Virus record (IMG/VR): IMGVR_UViG_3300042868_002233
Location: 1 to 33,939 of that record
Direction: 5' to 3' (one strand)
Length of the DNA: 33,939 bases
Origin: a virus
Taxonomy: Duplodnaviria; Caudoviricetes
A program made the position numbers and the translations under genes. The stretch's first letter is position 1, and every line of letters begins with the position of its first letter. Below the pieces are notes generated by a model. It ran no database searches. It was not told the origin of the DNA and was given only the letters and a program-made list of their open reading frames with translations. Of the stretch, positions 19,215 to 26,214 are shown piece after piece.

Positions 19215-20559
19215 ATTTTTCCCCATGGTGTTTCATTTGCATTGATCTTGCAATACGGGCCTCAGTCTTACCAGCTTTGCGCATCCTTTCAAATGTTTTT
19301 GGAAACAGTAATTCCGCTGGCGCGCCCACAATTTCACCGCTTTTTGCTTGTAAGCCGCCATAATACTGGCCTGGTATTCCCATTGAATAAGACCCGTGCT
19401 GAAATTTTGGAACTAATGGTCCAGCGCCTGGCTGTGCAATAAACATTGACCTGCCCGCCTCGCCTTGGAATAAATTAGGGTCGCTCATGACTTTGGCGGT
19501 ATCTTCCCAGCGCGGAAAACCTTGGTCTCGGAACTTGGCCTTACTCATCGACTCAACAATTGCTTTACGCAGCTGACCGTCTTTTGACATCAACTCGTAA
19601 ATATTTGGAGAATCTACGCCAGCAAAATCTTTAAATGGATATCTACGCTCATCAGTTTCTGGGTCTTTTACCCAAGTCTTACGAACATCTTCGCGTAGGT
19701 CTTTGTATGCCTGTTTGGTAATAGGTAGCGTAGGCAGTTGGCCAACCATGCCTTGAGCCATATGGTGGCTAAAGTTAATGCCCTGTGGACTCATGCCTAC
19801 AAATATTCCAAGCGCGTCCTCGCCTTTATCGGCAAACATCCGCAAGTTTTCGGTCTTGCTTGATGCGGCAGCAGGCTCTGAGGCCCACGCAATATTTTGT
19901 TTAACATTGGGCTCAAGCAGCATATAATCTTTACCGCCTTGGCGTTGTACCGCCTGGCGTAATGGAATTCCCGCAATTTGATTTACTGTTCCGCCAGTTG
20001 CTGATAAATCGCCCATGACCGGAACTAATGTTTTGTTTAAAAGAGATTGTGGATTAATTCCAATTTCTTGTATTTTGACTAAGCCAGGCGTATTAACAAC
20101 CACATCGCCAGCCAATCGCATTTCTTCACGCTGACGCACGGCGCGATTGGCCAAAGATTTCTCAAATCGCGTTACCGCTGCTTTTTCCGCTGCAGTTAAG
20201 TCTCCGCGCCCAGGGTAAAGTAATTCTCTGATTGGTATGCCGCCAACATTAGCGCCACGCTTAAACGCGCCTAAAGCAGCTGCCGGAGCCGATCCGCTGG
20301 TGGCCATTCCTCCACCTGCTACATTCATGGCCACATTAATTGCATCTTCTGGGCCAATTTCTTCGCCTTGCGCAGCCCTTCTTGGTGTTTCAAATGCCCT
20401 AACCAGATCAACTAAGAACTGTGGCGCAATGATGTCGGTATAGTCTATTGGCGGGCTCATTACAGAACCGCGCCCCTCAGATGGCAAACTACCCCGCGGA
20501 CGGGGCAGAATAGATAGCCTCTCAACTTTAGGGTCGAATATGTCTGACAGTCGGGCCAT
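19168..20559 (-). CDS. Hypothetical 463-aa protein (possible virion-delivered effector)
   Basis: Long ORF with TAATG coupling to the upstream gene; N-terminal region, then a Gly/Ala linker, then a globular C-terminal region. No family recognised. Confidence 0.8.
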   Translation of the reverse strand: MARLSDIFDPKVERLSILPRPRGSLPSEGRGSVMSPPIDYTDIIAPQFLVDLVRAFETPRRAAQGEEIGPEDAINVAMNVAGGGMATSGSAPAAALGAFKRGANVGGIPIRELLYPGRGDLTAAEKAAVTRFEKSLANRAVRQREEMRLAGDVVVNTPGLVKIQEIGINPQSLLNKTLVPVMGDLSATGGTVNQIAGIPLRQAVQRQGGKDYMLLEPNVKQNIAWASEPAAASSKTENLRMFADKGEDALGIFVGMSPQGINFSHHMAQGMVGQLPTLPITKQAYKDLREDVRKTWVKDPETDERRYPFKDFAGVDSPNIYELMSKDGQLRKAIVESMSKAKFRDQGFPRWEDTAKVMSDPNLFQGEAGRSMFIAQPGAGPLVPKFQHGSYSMGIPGQYYGGLQAKSGEIVGAPAELLFPKTFERMRKAGKTEARIARSMQMKHHGEKFTQETLDPLMQFLGY

Positions 20560-20702
20560 TATTTCTTCTTCTTTTTGCTTGCAGCCTCACGCTTAACTGA
20601 ATACGCAATTGCCACGGCCTGCTTGACCGGCTTTCCCGCAGCAATCTCGGCCTTTATATTCTTTTGAAAGGCCTTTTTGCCAATGTCTTTAATCAGCGGC
20701 AT
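20559..20702 (-). CDS. 47-aa basic protein MPLIKDIGKKAFQKNIKAEIAAGKPVKQAVAIAYSVKREAASKKKKK (not in ORF track)
   Basis: TAATG overlaps at both ends; hand-translated. Confidence 0.8.
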   Translation of the reverse strand: MPLIKDIGKKAFQKNIKAEIAAGKPVKQAVAIAYSVKREAASKKKKK

Positions 20703-20869
20703 TACTTTTTCTTCGCAGTTTTAGCCGACTCTTTAAATGCTTTAGCAGTTGGCGCGCCCTTGGTGCCTGGGCTACGCATCTTCTCAGGAGTCTTTCCAGC
20801 AGCCTTTTGGCGCTCAATTCTTTCCCTTTTAGCGTGAATATTTGCGTAAAGTCCGGGTTTAGCTGCCAT
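20702..20869 (-). CDS. 55-aa basic protein MAAKPGLYANIHAKRERI...TAKAFKESAKTAKKK (not in ORF track)
   Basis: Hand-translated; AAGGA RBS; coupled to the downstream gene. Confidence 0.8.
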   Translation of the reverse strand: MAAKPGLYANIHAKRERIERQKAAGKTPEKMRSPGTKGAPTAKAFKESAKTAKKK

Positions 20870-21011
20870 TGTCTTTTTCCTTGTCGTTTTCTATCAGTAA
20901 GGCATCAATAATCGCAATTGCGCCCCGTTGTTGCTGCACCCGTTCTAAAGCCGCTTGAAGTTCTAGTACGGATGCCTGCCTCAACTGTAGTAAATAGTCT
21001 TTAGTAATCAC
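20859..21011 (-). CDS. 50-aa coiled-coil protein (GTG start; not in ORF track)
   Basis: TAGTG overlap with the upstream stop; MITKDYLLQLRQASVLELQAALERVQQQRGAIAIIDALL. Confidence 0.65.
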   Translation of the reverse strand: MITKDYLLQLRQASVLELQAALERVQQQRGAIAIIDALLIENDKEKDNGS

Positions 21012-21634
21012 TATGCATTAAAATTAGCGGCAGTTGCAGCTAATAGGTAATAGTCACTACCAGCGATTTTGACTCGCAAACCATGCGTAATTTCGTTGAC
21101 ATTGGTAATTGTGCCTGTAGCAGCCAATTTAGCGCCTGCTACGGTTACACCAGCTAAATTCAATAAGTAACCATTAGTGTCTACGGTTGCAGCACCTGTG
21201 CCATTAACGCTGGCATAAATAAGGGCAGTTGTTGTTCCAGTAGACGCACCAGATGCGCAATTTAATTCAATTTCAACTGGGGCATAGTTACCAGCAGATG
21301 TTCCAGCCGATAGCGTCATTTCAGCTAAAACGGCTGAGCCCAAGCCAGTAGTACGGCCAGAGGTTCCATATACAACTTCACCTTTAAGCGCGTTTGAATA
21401 GCTACCAAGAACCGAGTTGATGGTTGTTAAAAATTTAGCACGACCACCAACGCCACCGGTACCGGTCATTGTTGTGCTAACCAATACTGGCTCAACGCTA
21501 GTTGCTCCATCGGTGCTAGTTGATGTTGTGGTGATATTAAAATCACCGCCAGTTAAGTTGACTGCGCCCGAAACATCGAGGCTTTCAAATAGTGGGTCGG
21601 CGTATGCTACGCCAATTGATTTTCCGTTTGACAT
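21011..21634 (-). CDS. Putative virion structural (head fibre/decoration-like) protein, 207 aa
   Basis: AAGGA RBS; Thr/Gly/Ala/Ser-rich beta composition; C-terminal LRVKIAGSDYYLL. Confidence 0.6.
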   Translation of the reverse strand: MSNGKSIGVAYADPLFESLDVSGAVNLTGGDFNITTTSTSTDGATSVEPVLVSTTMTGTGGVGGRAKFLTTINSVLGSYSNALKGEVVYGTSGRTTGLGSAVLAEMTLSAGTSAGNYAPVEIELNCASGASTGTTTALIYASVNGTGAATVDTNGYLLNLAGVTVAGAKLAATGTITNVNEITHGLRVKIAGSDYYLLAATAANFNA

Positions 21635-21650
21635 GATTAATTCCTTTTAG

Positions 21651-21938
21651 TTAACAATTCCAATTTTTAAGAGATGCTGCTTTTCGGGTAGGCCTTCCCT
21701 TTTCATCTTTCATCGGCCCAGGCATTCCGCTCATCCTCGCACAAAAACTTTTTTTACGACCTTCGTCAGCTTTTGTTTTAGGGTTTGGAGCAGGTGCTTT
21801 AAGGTTTGCATTATTTTTTGCATTATATTCCGCCCTTCCTTTAGCGGTCATGCCCGCGCCCTTTTCGGCTGGGTTGTAATTCTTACCCTTACCGGTGGTG
21901 GTGCGCGCAATAGGTTTATTAGTGGTTTTTGGCATCAT
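21651..21938 (-). CDS. Basic hypothetical protein (DUF6321-like), about 95 aa
   Basis: GMTAKGR..YN...LKAP...RKKSFCARMSG...AASLKNWNC motif; probable start 21938 or 21935. Confidence 0.65.
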   Translation of the reverse strand: MMPKTTNKPIARTTTGKGKNYNPAEKGAGMTAKGRAEYNAKNNANLKAPAPNPKTKADEGRKKSFCARMSGMPGPMKDEKGRPTRKAASLKNWNC

Positions 21939-22221
21939 CTGCTTCCACGAAACAGACATCCTTCCAGGACATCACAATTAATTCTTCGCCGTTATCCTCA
22001 AATCGAGGGTAGGAAAGGTAATCCTCCGCGCCCCCAAATCGAATTCTTTGCCCAATTTCAATTGGGTTTGGAATCAGTCTGCCCTTCTTGTCAATCTCGC
22101 CAGGACCCACGGCCAATACCTCGCCGATATTTGGTAGTTCATCCATAATGACATCAATCACCTGGCTTTTAACTCGCTCGATGGGTCTTACAACAATTCG
22201 ATCACGCAGGGGTCTTAGCAT
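21919..22221 (-). CDS. groES: GroES-like co-chaperonin, 100 aa
   Basis: LRPLRDRIVV, GEVLAVGPG, IEIGQRIRFG and IVMSWKDV match the Cpn10 pattern. Confidence 0.88.
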   Translation of the reverse strand: MLRPLRDRIVVRPIERVKSQVIDVIMDELPNIGEVLAVGPGEIDKKGRLIPNPIEIGQRIRFGGAEDYLSYPRFEDNGEELIVMSWKDVCFVEADDAKNH

Positions 22222-22399
22222 TTTTTCTTACCTTTTTAGGTGCTGGAGTGGCTGCCAATTCCGTGAATATTGGCTGCGGATCAACCACGACTTGGTGTTC
22301 ACCGCACCACATCCCAGCCTGTTTAGTTACTGATTCAGGAAACCGCCGGCAATGGCCGAACTGCGTACCCTGAAAAAATATACAATTTCCGCAGTTCAC
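22202..22399 (-). CDS. Small Cys-rich metal-binding protein, 65 aa
   Basis: CxxC..HCRRFP..WCGEH, four Cys ligands; GTGA coupling. Confidence 0.65.
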   Translation of the reverse strand: MNCGNCIFFQGTQFGHCRRFPESVTKQAGMWCGEHQVVVDPQPIFTELAATPAPKKVRKNAKTPA

Positions 22400-22572
22400 T
22401 TTTGGTACATTTCGCCAGAATTGTTTGTTTCCATCTTGGTATCGCGACCTTTCATGGTCATTTTTTCGCCCATTGGCTTGTTTTTGCCTTCCTGCATTAC
22501 GGCGTTTTTGGTCTTTTCTTTACGACCTTTATCTTCGTTACAGTCTTTTGGGCATACAAATGTATTTGCCAT
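22396..22572 (-). CDS. 58-aa Lys/Met-rich protein MANTFVCPKDCNEDKGRKEK... (not in ORF track)
   Basis: AAGGA RBS; fills the gap exactly; stop overlaps the next GTG. Confidence 0.65.
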   Translation of the reverse strand: MANTFVCPKDCNEDKGRKEKTKNAVMQEGKNKPMGEKMTMKGRDTKMETNNSGEMYQK

Positions 22573-22583
22573 TTTGATTTCCT

Positions 22584-22940
22584 TTATGAGAGTTGTTGCA
22601 GTTTGTACAGCAGAGAGTTAATTAAATCGGTAATTTCGTCAATAGTATTCTGTAATTCGGTGTCTTTTGGCAAGTGTTTTCTGTTTTGATCGACATATTT
22701 TTGTAATGCTTTAAAGTACCGCACAGGGTCTTTGTCAATCTCAAATTCTTCCTCAAATTCGTCTAATGGACCATACCGCCCCATATACGACTCAACCAGC
22801 TGGTCTACGAGGTCAGGGACGGCGTTATAGTATTTAGCCAAGGCCTTATGGTTCGCATAGCTTTTGGTCTGCCAATGCTGCAAATGCGCACAAGTCGCAG
22901 AATTTAACAATGCCAGCGAGAATGCTTCGATGTCTTTCAT
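22584..22940 (-). CDS. Ferritin/Dps-like four-helix protein (DUF5856-like), 118 aa
   Basis: HLQHWQT.SYANHKAL..YY....LVD.LVESYMG.YG...LQN.IDEI..LI...LYKL. Confidence 0.7.
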   Translation of the reverse strand: MKDIEAFSLALLNSATCAHLQHWQTKSYANHKALAKYYNAVPDLVDQLVESYMGRYGPLDEFEEEFEIDKDPVRYFKALQKYVDQNRKHLPKDTELQNTIDEITDLINSLLYKLQQLS

Positions 22941-23176
22941 AATTCCTTCAAACAGTACATATTAATGACCTTAGGCCCTGTTATTTTATCTGCCTTTGCG
23001 CCTTTTGTGGCAACAATTTTATTTTCACGATGCACTAATTTCCATAACACCGCTTTGATTGAATGCGGTTTAGCAACCAATTCAGCAGCAATTTGCGCCT
23101 GCGTTAAATTGGGTAATCGCTCAAGCAACAACAAAATGTCTTGAGATAATCTTGGACGGCGTTTTAACTTCTTCAT
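22937..23176 (-). CDS. Winged helix-turn-helix protein, 79 aa
   Basis: ILLLL...LTQAQIAAEL......IKAVLWKL pattern. Confidence 0.65.
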   Translation of the reverse strand: MKKLKRRPRLSQDILLLLERLPNLTQAQIAAELVAKPHSIKAVLWKLVHRENKIVATKGAKADKITGPKVINMYCLKEL

Positions 23177-23189
23177 AATAAACAGTTCC

Positions 23190-23561
23190 CTATAAAACTC
23201 TTACCTTAACCATACCGCCTCGCTGCTGGCTTATTTTGTATGTGCTAATAATTAGTTTGTCGTTAATATTCCAAGCATCGGCCAGACCGTCTTGGCCAGC
23301 TTTAAACGCTGCAATCATGTTGTCTTGGTCCCGTGGCCGGTTGTCCGGTGGATAAAACTCTATCTCTAAGTAAATCGGAGCATCCTCCACAATGTGTTGA
23401 ATAAACAGTATTGGCTGCTGCAGCGCCAGGATGCGAACCGCAAACCGGTACTTTTTCTTAGCAGCTGCTAGAGGAGCCCAATGCCCACGGTAATTAGGGC
23501 TCAGTTCTTTAGGTGGCCAAGGCAGGGTTAGTCTATCGGAGGAGTTTTTGGATTGTGTCAT
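23190..23561 (-). CDS. rusA: RusA-like Holliday junction resolvase, 123 aa
   Basis: LTLPWPP..SPN; FYPPDNRPRDQDNM..K...DGLADA..INDK catalytic Asp/Lys pattern. Confidence 0.85.
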   Translation of the reverse strand: MTQSKNSSDRLTLPWPPKELSPNYRGHWAPLAAAKKKYRFAVRILALQQPILFIQHIVEDAPIYLEIEFYPPDNRPRDQDNMIAAFKAGQDGLADAWNINDKLIISTYKISQQRGGMVKVRVL

Positions 23562-23802
23562 TGAGTACCGTTAGTTCAGTTTGTTTGGTTGCGTTCCATA
23601 TTGATTTGCGACCATGAATGCCGTTATGGCTGCCTTGGTGACAATCCTTGCAGAGCGGAATACAGAGGTATTGGAGGCCTTGTTCGATGTGGTGGGCATC
23701 TGAGGGTTCTGATACGCCGCAAACGCCACAGGGTAGCGATTTAACGCGTGTAAGGTGATTCCTTTGGGGCGCAGTCAGTTTGTTATTCAAAATTAATTCC
23801 AA
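23533..23802 (-). CDS. HNH-like Zn-binding nuclease (Ref/DUF968-like), about 85-89 aa
   Basis: LPCGVCG...DAHHI...IPLCKDCHQG..GIHG. Confidence 0.75.
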   Translation of the reverse strand: MELILNNKLTAPQRNHLTRVKSLPCGVCGVSEPSDAHHIEQGLQYLCIPLCKDCHQGSHNGIHGRKSIWNATKQTELTVLNDTIQKLLR

Positions 23803-23803
23803 A

Positions 23804-24163
23804 TTATTTAACTGTTAAAGTGCATTTATCGCCAACTGCTTTGCGCTCAACAGAAATCTCGCAAACATTAATACTTTTAAGTTTTTTTGCAATAAATAGG
23901 CAAAGGTTTTCAAGTGTTGGCGGCCCCAAATCAGGAATCGTGTCTAAAAATTCATGGTCCAAAGCATAACGAATGGCATCTACGGCCTGTTTTATATCGC
24001 CAAAATCTCTTACCATTCCGTTTTCCCCTGGTTCTCCCTCTATAGAAATGCTGGCGTGATAGGTATGGCCATGTATGTTTTTGGATTTAATGTGGTCGTA
24101 AACATTAACCGCTCTGTTTAGTGTATGTGCCGCGTCAAAAAAAAATGTTTGTGTAAGTTTCAA
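23804..24163 (-). CDS. queD: QueD/6-pyruvoyl-tetrahydropterin synthase-family T-fold protein, about 119 aa, with an SxxxHGH motif
   Basis: F.FDAAH, HGHTY, GMVRDFG, LDHEFL and PTLENL motifs. Likely TTG start at 24163 overlapping the upstream TGA. Confidence 0.88.
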   Translation of the reverse strand: MKLTQTFFFDAAHTLNRAVNVYDHIKSKNIHGHTYHASISIEGEPGENGMVRDFGDIKQAVDAIRYALDHEFLDTIPDLGPPTLENLCLFIAKKLKSINVCEISVERKAVGDKCTLTVK

Positions 24164-24897
24164 AATAAACCTTCTTGCTCTATTTGCATAAAGTTCCATG
24201 TAGCAGGTGCATTTTGAGACTCAATTCTGGCCCGCATAACTTGCGCCCTGGCTTCTTTGGTGGGTGGTAGATAGTTGCCATTTTTCCAATGTTTATCAAT
24301 TCCTACATTTCTACCAATATTTGTACTATCCGTTGAACTAAATGGAAATTTAGTAAATACGGCTGGGTCTAACATTCTGAGCCCATGCAACTTACAAATT
24401 GGCCTGCCCATGTCATCACAAATAACCCGCATTGCTGCGCCCATTCTGGACCACCAGGCATTAGTGCCAACCGTAGCATATTCACCAGAACTGCCCAAAG
24501 AAACCCGTACATAGGTGTTGGCCAGCTGCTCAAGTCTTTCAAGGGATTCATGCAGATGCCACACCGGAGAGCCAAACCAATAAGGCAAAGGGCAATCTTT
24601 AAGAAAAGCATCGTTGTCCGATTCGGTACCATCAATAACATCTGGAATTACGGCAAAATCACAGGATGGCACTTTTTTAAGATTTAATGCCCAATCGTAG
24701 AACTGGGTCCAATCTTTAATAGGTTTTCCTGATTTCCAGGCGCTAAACGCACCATTGTCTAAAGCAAAAGATTGGCAAACCTCTATGGCGGTCCCAACCT
24801 GGTCAGGATGCGCAAAAGACACAAATGCGTGACCAGCTTGTACTGCGTAGTTAGCAACTGTGGCCGGGGTTATTGGTAGACCGTGATAATGAATCAT
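24160..24897 (-). CDS. TGT/DpdA-like guanine transglycosylase-fold protein, 245 aa
   Basis: Ordered motifs LDNGAFS, IPDVI, PVWH, LGSSG, LHGLR and SSTDST parallel the TGT DSGG / Asp / QG / GG / HxxG / catalytic Asp elements; coupled to queD. Confidence 0.65.
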   Translation of the reverse strand: MIHYHGLPITPATVANYAVQAGHAFVSFAHPDQVGTAIEVCQSFALDNGAFSAWKSGKPIKDWTQFYDWALNLKKVPSCDFAVIPDVIDGTESDNDAFLKDCPLPYWFGSPVWHLHESLERLEQLANTYVRVSLGSSGEYATVGTNAWWSRMGAAMRVICDDMGRPICKLHGLRMLDPAVFTKFPFSSTDSTNIGRNVGIDKHWKNGNYLPPTKEARAQVMRARIESQNAPATWNFMQIEQEGLF

Positions 24898-25274
24898 GCC
24901 GCCTTGACCGATCCGCGAAATACAGCTGCTTTAAATTCGTGCGGCAGGGCAAACTGGCTTTCCAAAATGCCTAGTTCTTTGCCTTTAGCCACAATGCCAG
25001 GCCATGTCTCATGCCATTCCTTACCATCGACCACGCCAGGCAGGGTCACTTTTAATTCATCGGACCAGCGCTCTTGGCGTAACCATGTTGCGGGATAGCA
25101 TACGAACTGGCCGTCATTCTTACGCCATTGGTCTGAGCGCATCTGCTGCCGAATAGCGTCCAATAGTTCTGGCAGCGGCGGGCGGATTCCCTCGGTCTGG
25201 ATCCATGCTTTACGGGCATCTCCCTTGGCCACACGGCGGGGATAAGTTGTCCAAAATTCTTCAAAGTCTGTCAT
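24894..25274 (-). CDS. Replication-initiator C-terminal-domain-like protein, 126 aa
   Basis: FEEFWTTYPRRVAK.DA.KAW and YPATWLRQERWSDE motifs typical of the C-terminus of phage replication organisers; no N-terminal HTH. Confidence 0.7.
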   Translation of the reverse strand: MTDFEEFWTTYPRRVAKGDARKAWIQTEGIRPPLPELLDAIRQQMRSDQWRKNDGQFVCYPATWLRQERWSDELKVTLPGVVDGKEWHETWPGIVAKGKELGILESQFALPHEFKAAVFRGSVKAA

Positions 25275-25375
25275 TTATCCCTCAACCAAATAGCTAGAGC
25301 AGCCAAAATAGCAACAACCAACATAAACCAAGAAAAATCCATTAATGACGGGGTTTGGGCAGAATACGAAATCAC
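25271..25375 (-). CDS. 34-aa single-TM protein MISYSAQTPSLMDFSWFMLVVAILAALAIWLRDK (not in ORF track)
   Basis: GTGA and ATGA overlaps with both neighbours; hydrophobic helix. Confidence 0.6.
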   Translation of the reverse strand: MISYSAQTPSLMDFSWFMLVVAILAALAIWLRDK

Positions 25376-25644
25376 TCGTCTGCTCTTTCGCGGATGGCTT
25401 TGGCAATGTCCTCTTGTTCCATGCCCTCAAACCAAGCCATCTCAGCAACCTTGGCGCATTGTTCGCGCTCGTAGTCAGCTGCTTTTTTAATGGATTGGAT
25501 TAACTGGTCTCTGGCAACTTGTTTAAATTCCTCAAGCATATTGTTTGTAAAGTATTCCAGCTGCGCTTCGGTGGCCGACCAATTTTTTTTGGTCTTTACC
25601 ATTCCACATCTAAGTGCCATTTCTTCAAGGTCATCTAAGGTCAT
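25372..25644 (-). CDS. Hypothetical protein, 90 aa
   Basis: AAGGAG RBS; EREQCAKVAE..IAKAIRER motif common in small phage proteins. Confidence 0.8.
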   Translation of the reverse strand: MTLDDLEEMALRCGMVKTKKNWSATEAQLEYFTNNMLEEFKQVARDQLIQSIKKAADYEREQCAKVAEMAWFEGMEQEDIAKAIRERADE

Positions 25645-25662
25645 ATTGTTCTCCTTTTGCAG

Positions 25663-25691
25663 AGAATATATGATTAGGAAATAGTTTGCAA
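25663..25691 (-). promoter_or_regulatory. Leftward sigma70-type promoter
   Basis: TTGCAA (25691-86), 17 nt, TATTCT (25668-63), upstream of the AAGGAG RBS. Confidence 0.7.
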
Positions 25692-25734
25692 GGCAGTTTT
25701 TAGTTTCTATTTCTTTTTCTCATAGGTTACCCAA

Positions 25735-25970
25735 GGGTGATAGCCATGATCACTTTAGCACCAGCAAAGATTAGTAAAACAATCTAGCCTATGCGCCCTA
25801 TAAGGCAACGATTCATCCTAGCCTAAGTTGTCTATCACCCATGTCTTAAGCTAGTTCCGCAGTCCCTCGTTGACAGGCTGCTCCGGTTATCTGGTGGTGA
25901 GCCGATACCGTATCTACTGTTCCGCGCTGCCGATTTAGGCCCATTACTATCGTGCGGAGTACGGTCAGTA
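25735..25970 (-). ncRNA. Candidate structured RNA domain with a pseudoknot
   Basis: Nested stems 25960-65/25907-12, 25954-58/25921-25 and 25949-52/25931-34. A 10-bp stem 25845-54/25818-27 has a loop (GGGTGATAG) complementary to 25735-43. Confidence 0.5.
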
Positions 25971-25971
25971 G

Positions 25972-26133
25972 GCAACAAAAAACCCCAAACTCTTGGGTGG
26001 TGCGGCCTTGGCAGGCATCCTTGGAATAAGTCCTTATAAGGGCAAAATGACCAATTCCAAGCATTGTTCGCACCACCGAAAAATTCGGGGTTATTGCCCT
26101 GTATAAGATTCCAACAAGTGCCACCTTGCTGAC
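25972..26133 (-). ncRNA. Candidate structured leader RNA / attenuator ending in a U-tract
   Basis: 24-bp imperfect stem 26069-92/25981-26004 with three G-U pairs only on the minus strand; inner stem CTTGGAAT/ATTCCAAG; followed by TTTTTTGTT. Confidence 0.65.
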
Positions 26134-26139
26134 CCATCA

Positions 26140-26184
26140 ATATTACCATGGTTTTATTAAAGAAAGTCTGGTTTTTTTAACCAG
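26140..26184 (-). promoter_or_regulatory. Extended -10 promoter for the structured RNA, with an adjacent inverted repeat
   Basis: TGgTAATAT at 26148-26140; inverted repeat CTGGTT-N5-AACCAG at 26168-26184. Confidence 0.45.
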
Positions 26185-26214
26185 GGTTCAACCCTAGTTC
26201 AACTGTGGTTAATA

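Noticed and set aside
23807-23819. Palindrome TTTAAC-T-GTTAAA resembling the operator motif
   Set aside because: It lies within the queD coding end with no adjacent promoter; probably chance in AT-rich sequence.
24137-24145. A9 homopolymer (Phe-Phe-Phe) at the start of queD as a phase-variation switch
   Set aside because: It is in frame and matches the family's F.F.AAH motif; there is no evidence of slippage without reads.
25735-25840. TATCACC resemblance to lambda operator half-sites
   Set aside because: The two halves are 88 nt apart rather than forming a 17-bp operator, and no CI/Cro is recognisable. RNA pairing explains them better.
25835-26149. ORF-track entries 25835..26149 (104 aa) and 25846..26124 (92 aa)
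   Set aside because: No convincing RBS, atypical composition, and they run through a long G-U-containing stem and U-tract. The ATG at 26149 overlaps the predicted extended -10. The region is better explained as structured RNA.
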